From Polyangiaceae bacterium (lineage in GTDB: Bacteria; Myxococcota_A; Polyangia; Polyangiales; Polyangiaceae), in assembly GCA_035063585.1 (NCBI GenBank), contig JAPSGB010000013.1, positions 32,001-96,000 of the forward strand: 64,000 bases of DNA, in the 5' to 3' direction. The position numbers and the translations under genes were made by a program. Of this stretch, positions 43,165-53,040 are shown piece by piece; the first letter of the stretch is position 1; each line of letters begins with the position of its first letter. The notes under the pieces were generated by a model, which saw only the letters and a program-made list of their open reading frames with translations, was not told the origin of the DNA and searched no databases.

Positions 43165-45873
43165 GTGCCACGGCGCTCGCCGCTTCCGCTCGGACTTCGC
43201 GTGCCAAACCCGCCGGCGGTCTTCGTCGGCCGCGAGCGCGAGCGCGCCGCGCTCTCGAGCGCGCTCGCGCGAGCGCCGCTCACCGTCCTCCACGGACCGA
43301 GCGGAGTAGGAAAGACGGCGCTCGCGCTCACGGTGCTCGCCAGCCGCGAGCCTTCGCTCGATGAGAGCACGCTCGTGTCGCTGCGTGACGCGGATCGACA
43401 CGAGCTCCTCGCGCTCGCCGTCGCGCGCACGCTCGCCCGCGCCGCAGAGATCGAGCGCGTCGACTGGGCAGAGCTCGGCGAGGACCGAGACGCGCTCATC
43501 GCGCTCGTCATCGACGCGGCCGAGGCGCGCGCGGGCACCGTGCTCCTCGATGGGCTCGACCACGCCGACGCGAGCGACGCCGACGCGCTCATCGCGCGCG
43601 TGGCCCGCTACGCCCGACGGAGCCGCTGGCTGGTCACCACGACGCGCCGCCCGCCCGTCGACGAGCTCGCCGGTCAGCTCGTCGAGGTCGGCGCCTTGCC
43701 GCCGGAAGACGCCAGGCGCCTGGCGTGCGCGCTGAACCCCTCGTGGGATGACGCGGCGGTCGAGCGCGCGCTCACTCGAGCGCGCGGCTCTCCGCGGGAG
43801 CTCCGCCGGCTCGCCTTGGGCGAGCCCGAGGTGCCGGCCGGAGCGTCGAGCCACCTCACGCCGGAGGCAGCCGCGCTCTCGGCCGCGCTGCTCGAGCAGG
43901 AGGAGCCGCTCTCCGGCCGCGCGCTCGCCCTGCTGCTCGAGGCGCACCCGGAGCCTCGGGTTCGGCTCGGCGCGCTCGGCGCGCTCATCGCCGGTGGCGC
44001 GCTCACGCGCGCGGCGGCGCTGCTCGGTGAGATCGCGCCGGCGCTCATCGGCGGCGGCCACGCCGCGGCGCTCTTCGGCGCGCTGCCCGAGCACGAGCGA
44101 GCGCTCGAGCGATTCCGGCTCGAGGCCGCGCTCGGCCTGGGCGACTCGCGCTCGCTCTCGACGGTGCGGGAGCCCCTCGACGACGCACCCGAAGGCCGGC
44201 TCGCGTGGGCGCGGGTGCTGCTCGCGCGAGGCTCCAATCACGAGGCCGCCAGGGTCGCACGCTCGCTGAGCGAGCGCCCAGAGGTCCAGGCGTCTCCGAC
44301 CACGCGCTTCTCGGTGGGCTTCGTCCTCGGAAACGCGCACCTCAACGACGGCGATTCGCAGCGCGCCCGCGCCGTCCTCGAGTCGCTCGCGCCGTCGTGC
44401 GAGACGGAGGCGGCGCAGCGCGACAGCCTCCTCGCCGCGGCCTTCGCGCTCGCCGGAGACCGGGCCGAGGCCACCTCGCTGGCGCGAGCCGCCGCGGCGG
44501 TGATCCCGCGCTTACCGTGCCCGATGAGTGAGCGAATCGGCCTGCAGACCGCCCGAACCTTGTACTCGCTCGGCGAGCTCGAGGGCGCAGCTACGGTGTT
44601 GGACGGGCTCTTCTCCGACCAGGCCGCGAGCTCGATCCGGTTCTACGCGGGCCGCTACGCTCGCTTCTTACGCATGTGTATCGCGGTCGACGCCGGAGAC
44701 TTCGAGCGCGTCGAGGCGAGCCTCACCGACCTCGAGCCCTACCTCGGACCGAACAACCTCCTCCATCCCTACGTGCTCACCGCGCGCGCGCAGCTCGCCA
44801 TCGGGCGCGGTGAGCTCGCGCGAGCCGAGGCCCTCCTCGACGAGCTCACCGCGACCCCGCGGCCGGGTCACGTGGAGCGTGAGGTCCGCGTACAGCGGAC
44901 TTGGCTCGCGATGCTCCGGCGAGAGCCTCCTTCGCCTGCGCCTGACGAGCCAGGCTCGTCGTCGCCCCCCAACGTGTTCGAGGAATCCGGTGAGCTGCAC
45001 CGGCTCGAGCACCGGCTCCGCTACGGCGCGCTCGCTCCTTCCACGGTCGAGCCCCTGCTCGACGGGCGCTTCGAGCACCCCGAACTCCGCGTCCTCGCGC
45101 GCCTCGTCCTCGCCGAGGCACGGCTCCTCGCTCGAGATGCGGCCGGCGCCTTCACCCACGCCACGACCGCGCTCGCGATGGCGCGCGAGCACGGCTACGG
45201 CGTCCGGGCGCTCCAGGCGCTCATCCTGCAGGCGGACACCGCGATCGTCCTGGGGCGCCGCGAAGCCCTGGAGCGCAGCGCCGCGAGCCTCGACGAGCGC
45301 GCGCGGGCGATGCGTTCGACGCACGCCGCGGCCCGCGCGCAGCTCTACGCCGCGCTGCTCACGCTCGGCGTGGCCCGCTACGCGCGCCTCGAGGCGCTCG
45401 CCGCAGCGGTCGACGCCGCGCCGGACGTCACGCTCCTGGCTCGCGGACTCCTCGGCGACCGCGTCGCCGGCGATCGCGTCGACGACCTCGTGCGCGAGGG
45501 CGCCGCGCGGCACTTCGGCTGGCACGCTCCGCGACTCGCGGTCGACGGCGCGGGCGAGGCCTGGGGGCTCGCGCTCGAGGCGCGCGCCGTGTGGCTCGCG
45601 AGCGGCGAGCTGATCGACCTCTCACGCCACCCGGTGCAGTGGTCGCTGCTCGACGCGCTCGTCCGCCACGGCGGCGCCGCGGACAAGGAGCGGCTCGTCC
45701 TCGAGGTCTGGCGGGCGCGCGACTACCACCCGCTCCGCGACGACAACCGCCTGCACGCCGCGATCCGCAAGCTCCGGCGACAGCTCGAGACCGAGCCGTC
45801 GAACCCGCGCCGAGTCGTCACCGCCGAGTCGGGCTACGCGCTCGGCGGCCGCGTGCGCGTAGCCGAGGGGTGA
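43165..45873 (+). CDS. AAA/STAND-type ATPase with TPR-like helices and C-terminal OmpR-like winged-helix domain
   Basis: FVGRERE, GPSGVGKT and LLDG. C-terminal KERLVLEVW..NRLHAAIRKLRRQLE..P..VVT...GY. Confidence 0.82.
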   Translation: MPRRSPLPLGLRVPNPPAVFVGRERERAALSSALARAPLTVLHGPSGVGKTALALTVLASREPSLDESTLVSLRDADRHELLALAVARTLARAAEIERVDWAELGEDRDALIALVIDAAEARAGTVLLDGLDHADASDADALIARVARYARRSRWLVTTTRRPPVDELAGQLVEVGALPPEDARRLACALNPSWDDAAVERALTRARGSPRELRRLALGEPEVPAGASSHLTPEAAALSAALLEQEEPLSGRALALLLEAHPEPRVRLGALGALIAGGALTRAAALLGEIAPALIGGGHAAALFGALPEHERALERFRLEAALGLGDSRSLSTVREPLDDAPEGRLAWARVLLARGSNHEAARVARSLSERPEVQASPTTRFSVGFVLGNAHLNDGDSQRARAVLESLAPSCETEAAQRDSLLAAAFALAGDRAEATSLARAAAAVIPRLPCPMSERIGLQTARTLYSLGELEGAATVLDGLFSDQAASSIRFYAGRYARFLRMCIAVDAGDFERVEASLTDLEPYLGPNNLLHPYVLTARAQLAIGRGELARAEALLDELTATPRPGHVEREVRVQRTWLAMLRREPPSPAPDEPGSSSPPNVFEESGELHRLEHRLRYGALAPSTVEPLLDGRFEHPELRVLARLVLAEARLLARDAAGAFTHATTALAMAREHGYGVRALQALILQADTAIVLGRREALERSAASLDERARAMRSTHAAARAQLYAALLTLGVARYARLEALAAAVDAAPDVTLLARGLLGDRVAGDRVDDLVREGAARHFGWHAPRLAVDGAGEAWGLALEARAVWLASGELIDLSRHPVQWSLLDALVRHGGAADKERLVLEVWRARDYHPLRDDNRLHAAIRKLRRQLETEPSNPRRVVTAESGYALGGRVRVAEG

Positions 45874-45885
45874 CGCCGAGCAGCC

Positions 45886-45974
45886 CCGCGGGGTTCCGCG
45901 CCGCCCCGACAATACCCCGATATCGCCCCCGCGCTGCTGCCGGGAGGAGGTCGGTCCGGCGCGGAACCCCGCGG
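45886..45974. repeat. 18-bp perfect inverted repeat overlapping two copies of the dispersed motif
   Basis: ccgcggggttccgcgccg (45886-45903) and cggcgcggaaccccgcgg (45957-45974). Confidence 0.8.
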
Positions 45975-46027
45975 CGCGGGCGGACGATGATGCGCGCCGG
46001 CGCGCTTCTGGTAGACCGCCCCGAGCG

Positions 46028-46747
46028 ATGGATCTCGTCAAGATTGGCCGCGCGCTCGCGCGACGCATCGACAAGCTCGAGTTCGGGCCGCCCGTCTCGC
46101 ACGTCTATAACCCCCTCGACTACGCGCGGGAGCCTTACGAGAAGTACCTCGCGCGCTTCGGCGCGGGGCCGAAGGAGATCGTGCTCCTCGGCATGAACCC
46201 CGGACCCTTCGGGATGGCGCAGACGGGCGTGCCCTTCGGCGAGGTGTCCATGGTTCGCGACTGGATGGGCATCGAGGGCAAGGTGAGGAGACCCGCGCGC
46301 GAGCACTCGAAGCGGCCGGTGCTCGGCTTCGATTGCGAGCGGAGCGAGGTGAGCGGCGCGCGGCTCTGGGGCTGGGCGCGCGCGCGGTGTGGCACCGCCG
46401 AGCGGTTCTTCTCGCGGGTCTTCGTGGTGAACTATTGCCCGCTCGTCTTCATGGAAGCGAGCGGGCGAAACGTCACGCCCGACAAACTCCGGAGCGGCGC
46501 GCGCGACGAGCTCTACGCCGCATGCGACGAGGCGCTCTCACGCACCATCCGCCTCCTCGAGCCGCGCTTCGTCATCGGCGTCGGGCTCTTCGCGGAGAAG
46601 CGCGCGCGCGAGGTGCTGACGGATTATGGTGGGGAGATTGGGTCGATTTTGCACCCGAGCCCCGCCAACCCGAAGGCGAACCGCGACTGGGCAGGCGTGG
46701 TCGACGCGCAGCTCGCCGAGCTCGGGCTCCGGCTCGGCCGTCGCTGA
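46028..46747 (+). CDS. SMUG1-type (family 3) uracil-DNA glycosylase
   Basis: YNPLDYA, GMNPGPFGMAQTGVPFG, RSEVSG, NYCPL and HPSPAN motifs. Confidence 0.93.
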   Translation: MDLVKIGRALARRIDKLEFGPPVSHVYNPLDYAREPYEKYLARFGAGPKEIVLLGMNPGPFGMAQTGVPFGEVSMVRDWMGIEGKVRRPAREHSKRPVLGFDCERSEVSGARLWGWARARCGTAERFFSRVFVVNYCPLVFMEASGRNVTPDKLRSGARDELYAACDEALSRTIRLLEPRFVIGVGLFAEKRAREVLTDYGGEIGSILHPSPANPKANRDWAGVVDAQLAELGLRLGRR

Positions 46748-46837
46748 GCGGCTGGGCGCAGGGTGCCTCGCGAGAGCAGGCGAGCCCGCGCAAAATTCCG
46801 ATTGGTATTGCGTCAGGCGGTCGGGTAAACCGTCCCT

Positions 46838-47899
<1,062 letters not shown>

Positions 47900-47943
47900 C
47901 GCCGCCGGGGAGGAGCGGGATGCTCGCGGCTCCGAGGTTCGCG

Positions 47944-48948
47944 ATGACGAGTAGCGAAGCCCCGCCGTCGTCAGCCACCGCCGCGCTCGCGCCGGGCGCG
48001 CAGCTCGGGCCGTATCGCCTGCTCGCGGCGGTCGCACAGGGCGGCATGGCGCGGGTGTGGGCGGCGCAGGATCGGGCGGGAACCGTGGTCGCCATCAAGA
48101 CCATCCGCCCAGAGCTCGCCGAGGACGCGACCTACCGCGCGCTCTTCGCCGACGAGGCTCGGTTCGCCTCGAGCGTGGCGCACCCGAACGTGTGCCGAGT
48201 ATACGGGCTCGGGGAGGACCGCGGCGTGCTCTACATCGCCATGGAGTGGGTGCGCGGCGAGAGCTTCGCGCGCATCCTGAAGCCGCTCAAGGGTGAGCCG
48301 GTGCGTCCGGTCGCGGCGCGCCACGCCGCCAAGCTCATCGCGGACGGTTGCGCGGCGCTCCACGCGACCCACGAGCTCCGCGATCGCGACGGCCGCACGG
48401 TGCGGCTCGTGCATTGCGACGTCTCCCCGCAGAACCTGCTCCTCACCGTCACGGGGCAAGTGAAGCTGGTCGACTTCGGCGTCGCGCGCGCGACGGCGGG
48501 CACGAGCAGCCCGCCACCCAGCCTCCGCGCGGGCAAGGCGGCGTACATGGCGCCCGAGCAGGCGGTCGGCAGGCGCGTCAGCCGGCTCTCGGACGTGTTC
48601 GTGCTCGGCGCGTGCCTCTACGAGCTCACCACGGGGCGGCGGCCCTTCGCGACCGGCTCCTGGGAGGGGACCATCGAGCGGCTGACCCACGGAGATTTCG
48701 CCACGCCGCGTGAGCTCGACCCCGACTACCCCGAGCTCCTCGAGCGCGTCGTGCTCCGCGCGATGGCGAGCAGCGACGCGCTCCGCTATCCGTCCGCCGA
48801 GCGCATGCGCGTCGCGCTCGAAGACTACCTCCGGCGCTCGGGTCCGCCGCTCGACGCGAGCGATCTCGCCACCTTCCTCGACGAGCGCGCGGGCGCGCTG
48901 GTGCGCGAGCGCGACGACGCCATTCAGCGCGCCCTCGGCTACGGCTGA
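47944..48948 (+). CDS. Ser/Thr protein kinase (stand-alone, non-RD)
   Basis: AQGGMARVW, AIK, HCDVSPQN, DFG and APE. Confidence 0.9.
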   Translation: MTSSEAPPSSATAALAPGAQLGPYRLLAAVAQGGMARVWAAQDRAGTVVAIKTIRPELAEDATYRALFADEARFASSVAHPNVCRVYGLGEDRGVLYIAMEWVRGESFARILKPLKGEPVRPVAARHAAKLIADGCAALHATHELRDRDGRTVRLVHCDVSPQNLLLTVTGQVKLVDFGVARATAGTSSPPPSLRAGKAAYMAPEQAVGRRVSRLSDVFVLGACLYELTTGRRPFATGSWEGTIERLTHGDFATPRELDPDYPELLERVVLRAMASSDALRYPSAERMRVALEDYLRRSGPPLDASDLATFLDERAGALVRERDDAIQRALGYG

Positions 48949-50006
48949 GCCCGGCGCTCGGAGAGGCTCCGCTTCGCGGCGAGCGCGGGGAGACTCGCCG
49001 CGCGCACCTTGGCGCGCAGCTCTGGCCACGACGCGGGCGGCTGGAACATGCTGCGCTCCGCCTCGCAAGGCGCGGTGCTGCGGCCCTTCATGACGGCATC
49101 CATCTCGCGCGCCGCGGCGTCCGGGCTCACGCCGGTGAGCACGCCGTAGACGTAGAGCTCGGCCGCCGTGCGGAGCTCATCGAGGGGGCAGCTCGGTTTT
49201 CCGCCCGCCGCGGGCGGAAAGGCCCGCGCCGCCTGCCGCGCAGCGGCGAGTCGCTTCACGTAGAGCGGCGCGAAGAGCGCGAGCTCCTTCGAGAACCGCT
49301 GACCGTCCCACGACTCGTAACCGCTCACCTCCACCGTGAGCGCGTAGAGCGGTCCGCAGGCGACCCGCGGGCAGCCTCCGAGCTCCAAGCTCACGAGCGG
49401 CGTCTCGAACTCGGGGATCCCGTCGCCGTCTTCGTCGCGCGCGCACGAGGGGCAGGTGGGCGCGGAGCCAAGCGCCGTGAAGTCATCGCCGGCGCCGAGC
49501 TCGAGCACCAGCATCTCCGTTTGCTGACAGTTTGCGGCGCACGTCGTGAGCCCGATGAGGACGAAGCGCGCGCCGTCGCCGGTGAGATCCCACAGAAGCG
49601 AGCCCTGCTCGGTCGGTATGATGTCGACCATGCTGCCGTCCCGAACGATCTCCCGCCCATCCGAGCCCGCGCCGACCGCGACGACCCGCGAGGTCACGCG
49701 AGCTTCGGCGCGTTCCGGGCTGGGGTCGAAGACGAGCAGGGCGGCGTGATGCCCCGGAAGATCGATCCGGCGGCTGAGCTCCCAGCCCGCTGCGCGCGCC
49801 TCCCGTTCGGCGCGTGCGAGGTTCGCGCGCAAGCGCTCCTCGGGAGAGCGCGGCGGAGCCTCCGCCGCCTCCGCGCTTGGCGCAGGGGCCGAGGCGACCG
49901 GCGTGACCGGCACCGACACGCGCGGCTCGACCGGACGCGGCGCGCCGCCGCAGCCGGCGAGCGCCAGCCCCACGAGCAGCCAGCGACGCTCAAGAGCCGA
50001 GGACAT
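48939..50006 (-). CDS. Hypothetical lipoprotein
   Basis: MSSALERRWLLVGLALAGC lipobox. DEDGDGIPE Ca-binding-like motif. Start overlaps the dapB end. Confidence 0.7.
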   Translation of the reverse strand: MSSALERRWLLVGLALAGCGGAPRPVEPRVSVPVTPVASAPAPSAEAAEAPPRSPEERLRANLARAEREARAAGWELSRRIDLPGHHAALLVFDPSPERAEARVTSRVVAVGAGSDGREIVRDGSMVDIIPTEQGSLLWDLTGDGARFVLIGLTTCAANCQQTEMLVLELGAGDDFTALGSAPTCPSCARDEDGDGIPEFETPLVSLELGGCPRVACGPLYALTVEVSGYESWDGQRFSKELALFAPLYVKRLAAARQAARAFPPAAGGKPSCPLDELRTAAELYVYGVLTGVSPDAAAREMDAVMKGRSTAPCEAERSMFQPPASWPELRAKVRAASLPALAAKRSLSERRAQP

Positions 50007-50778
50007 CCGCGACCGTATAGCGCCCGGGCGCCTTGCCGATGAGGAACCGCGCGGCGCGGAGCGCGCCGTGCGCGAAGAGCTCTCGGCTGGTCGCGCGGTG
50101 CGTGAGCTCGAGCCGCTCGCCCAGCCCGAGCAGGTGCACCGTGTGATCGCCGACGACGTCTCCGCCGCGCACGCCGAACACCGCGAGCTCGTCGTCGGTG
50201 CGCGCGCCGACCTCGCCGTCACGCCCGTGGAGCTCCCGCACTCCCGCGCGTGCGCTCCGCACCGCCTCCACCAGGCGCCGCGCGGTGCCGCTCGGCGAGT
50301 CGACCTTGCGGCGGTGGTGCACCTCCACCAGCTCGACGTCGAAGCCGGGGCCCAATCGGTCAACCGCGTGCTTGACTATCTCCGCGAGGACCTGGACCCC
50401 GAGGCTCATGTTGGCGGCCCAGAGCACGGGCGCCGCGCGAGAGGCCTTGTCGAGCGCCGCGCGCCCTGCGTCGTCGAGGTTGGTCGTACCGCTCACCACC
50501 GCGAGCCCGCGGCGCGCGGTCGCCGCGAGGAGCCCGGGCACCGCAGAGGCCGTCGAAAAATCGATGACCGCGTCCGCTCCGAGCAGCGCGCTCCCGAGAT
50601 CCGCGGTCGCGCTCACGCCGAGCGCGCCGACCCCGGCGAGCTCGCCCACGTCCTTGCCTTCCGCGGGATCGTCGCTCGCGCAGACCGCTCCCACGAGCTC
50701 GAGGTCATCCGCCGCGCGGATGAGGCGCGCGAGCGCCAGCCCCATGCGCCCGGTGGCCCCGTGGAGCGCGACCTTCAC
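49990..50778 (-). CDS. dapB: 4-hydroxy-tetrahydrodipicolinate reductase
   Basis: GATGRMG, IDFS, GTT and EVHHRRKVDSPSGTA motifs. Confidence 0.96.
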   Translation of the reverse strand: MKVALHGATGRMGLALARLIRAADDLELVGAVCASDDPAEGKDVGELAGVGALGVSATADLGSALLGADAVIDFSTASAVPGLLAATARRGLAVVSGTTNLDDAGRAALDKASRAAPVLWAANMSLGVQVLAEIVKHAVDRLGPGFDVELVEVHHRRKVDSPSGTARRLVEAVRSARAGVRELHGRDGEVGARTDDELAVFGVRGGDVVGDHTVHLLGLGERLELTHRATSRELFAHGALRAARFLIGKAPGRYTVADVLGS

Positions 50779-51668
50779 GGCGCCTCGAAGCGACGGGTCA
50801 CCGCGGCGATCTTCTCTCGGGCCCCTTCGCTGGCCTCGAGGAGCGGCAGCCGTACGCTGGCGCTCATCCGACCGCGCGCCGCGAGCGCGGCCTTCACCGG
50901 CTGGGGGTTGGGCTCGATGAACATCGCGGCGTGCACCGGCAGGAGCCGGAGGTGGAGCTCGCGCGCGGTGTCCCAGTGGCCCGCGAGCGCAGCCGCCGCG
51001 CACTCGCGCACCTCGCGCGGGTAGAGGTTCGAGGTGACGCTCACGACGCCCTTGGCGCCCACGCTCATCATCGGGACGGTGAGGCCGTCGTCGCCGCTCA
51101 TCACCGTGCAGCGCGCGCCCACGCGGCTGATGAGCTCCTGGCAGCGGAGCACGTTGCCGGTCGCGTCCTTGACGCCGACCACGTTCGGGCACGCATCGAG
51201 GATCGCGATGAGCGTGTCCACCGAGAGCTCGACGCCCGTGCGCCCGGGGATGTTGTAGAGCACGATGGGCGCGGAGACGGCCTTCGCCACCGCCTCGACG
51301 TGCCGCCGCATCCCCTCTTGAGAGGGCTTGTTGTAGTACGGCATCACGACCATGATCGCGTCCGCCCCGGCCTCGAGCGCCGCGCGCGAGGCGTCGATGG
51401 TCTTGTGCGTGCTGTTCGAGCCGGTGCCCGCCATCACCGGGACGCGCCCGCGGACGAGCTTCGCGGTGTGGGCGATGAGCTCGCGCTGCTCCGACTCGGA
51501 GAGGGTCGGGGTCTCACCGGTCGTCCCGCACGGCACGAGCCCGGAGATACCGGCGTCGAGCTGAGACTCGACCAACCGCTCGAAGGCCTGCCAGTCGATC
51601 GCCGAGGCGTCAGGCGTGAACGGGGTGACGAGCGCGGTGTACGCGCCGGAGAGCTCGAAGGCGGCCAT
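50775..51668 (-). CDS. dapA: 4-hydroxy-tetrahydrodipicolinate synthase
   Basis: ALVTPF, GTTGE, PYYNKP, YNIPGRT and GVKDA motifs. Confidence 0.96.
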   Translation of the reverse strand: MAAFELSGAYTALVTPFTPDASAIDWQAFERLVESQLDAGISGLVPCGTTGETPTLSESEQRELIAHTAKLVRGRVPVMAGTGSNSTHKTIDASRAALEAGADAIMVVMPYYNKPSQEGMRRHVEAVAKAVSAPIVLYNIPGRTGVELSVDTLIAILDACPNVVGVKDATGNVLRCQELISRVGARCTVMSGDDGLTVPMMSVGAKGVVSVTSNLYPREVRECAAAALAGHWDTARELHLRLLPVHAAMFIEPNPQPVKAALAARGRMSASVRLPLLEASEGAREKIAAVTRRFEAP

Positions 51669-51739
51669 GCCCGATGGTTGGGCCGACTCTCGCCGAAAGG
51701 CAAGCGGCAAGCCGCGGGCTCCGTTCGCCGGCGCGCGGC

Positions 51740-53038
51740 TCAGCGCCTCGCGAAGCTCGCGACGAAATACCCGTCGGTCCCGTGCCGCCCGGGCAGGAGC
51801 CGAAACGAGGTCGCGCCCTCGCCGACGAGCCCGCGGAGCTCCGGCGCGTCGAACGGCGTGGGCTCGAGGACGTCGAGGACGCGCTCGACCACCTCCTCCG
51901 ACTCCTCCCGCAGCACGCTGCACACCGCGAACACGACCCGTCCGCCGGCCCGCGCGCGGGTCGCGGCACGCCGCAGGATCTGGTGAGCCAGCTCACCGAG
52001 CCGGGCGGGCGCGTCGGGCTCGAGCCGCAGCGCGATCTCCGGGCGGCGCCGGAGCGTGCCTACCCCGGTGCAGGGCGCGTCGACCAGCACGCGATCGAAA
52101 TCACCAGGCACCTCGGCGGTGCCGAGCGTGTAGTCGACCGCAGCGGTGCGGGGCTCGGCGACGCCGAGTCGCTCCGCCTCGCGCGCGAGCACCTCGAGCT
52201 TCGACGGATAGAGATCGGTCGCCCACACGACGCCGGCCGCGCCGACCCGACCAGAGAAGAGGAGCGTCTTCTGGCCGCGACCGGCGCAGGCGTCGAGTAC
52301 GCGGTCGCCCGGGCGCGCGCCGAGCGCGAGCGCGACCACCTGCGCGCCCTCCTCCTGCACCACGAACGCGCCCTCTCGGTAGCCTTCGCGGCGTCGCGGA
52401 TCGCCGCCGGTGACGAGCCGCGCGAGGGGCGACGCGCGCCCGCGCTCGGCTTCGGTGAGCCACGCGGGCGAGCCGACCGTCTCCGAGACGCGGAGGCAGG
52501 TGGGTGGCTGTTCGTCGCGGCCGGCGCCGAGGAGCGCGCGCGCTTCCGAGTCGCCCACCGCGCCGGCGAGCCGCTCGAAGAGCCAGCGAGGCGCGCTCTC
52601 CACGATCGCCGAAGCGCGCTCGAGATGCGCGCCCTCCGCGGCGAGCCGGCGCAGCACCGCGTTCGCGAAACCGGCGACGCGGGCGCCGCGGAGCCCGCGC
52701 ACCGCCTCGACCGCGGCGTCGACCGCGGCGAACGGAGGAATGCGCTCGAGGATCAGCAGCTGGTATGCGGCGATCACCAGGTGCGTCTCGACGGCCGCAT
52801 CCTTCACGCCACGTGGCGCGTGACGAGCGACGTGCTCGAGGAGCACGCGCCGCGTGCGGAGGCAACCGTAGACGAGCTCGGTGGCGAGCGCGCGCTCACG
52901 CGCGTCGAGCTGTGCATGGCGCTCGAGCTCGGCGTCGAGCGCGGCGGCCGCGTAGGCGCCATCCTTTACCACGCGCTCGAGCACGCGCGCGGCGACCATG
53001 CGCGCGGAGATCGCCGAGGTGCGCTCACGCCGCGGCAT
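51740..53038 (-). CDS. rsmB: 16S rRNA m5C methyltransferase RsmB/Sun with NusB-like N-domain
   Basis: NusB-like N-terminus (FANAVLRR), VQEEGAQ, LDACAGRGQKT, DAPCTG and VCS. Confidence 0.88.
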   Translation of the reverse strand: MPRRERTSAISARMVAARVLERVVKDGAYAAAALDAELERHAQLDARERALATELVYGCLRTRRVLLEHVARHAPRGVKDAAVETHLVIAAYQLLILERIPPFAAVDAAVEAVRGLRGARVAGFANAVLRRLAAEGAHLERASAIVESAPRWLFERLAGAVGDSEARALLGAGRDEQPPTCLRVSETVGSPAWLTEAERGRASPLARLVTGGDPRRREGYREGAFVVQEEGAQVVALALGARPGDRVLDACAGRGQKTLLFSGRVGAAGVVWATDLYPSKLEVLAREAERLGVAEPRTAAVDYTLGTAEVPGDFDRVLVDAPCTGVGTLRRRPEIALRLEPDAPARLGELAHQILRRAATRARAGGRVVFAVCSVLREESEEVVERVLDVLEPTPFDAPELRGLVGEGATSFRLLPGRHGTDGYFVASFARR

Positions 53039-53040
53039 CA

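Noticed and set aside
51675..51740. c-di-GMP-I riboswitch-like gccGAAAggc stem
   Set aside because: Wrong strand for dapA and lacks the GCAAAC/GACGCAAAG conserved elements.
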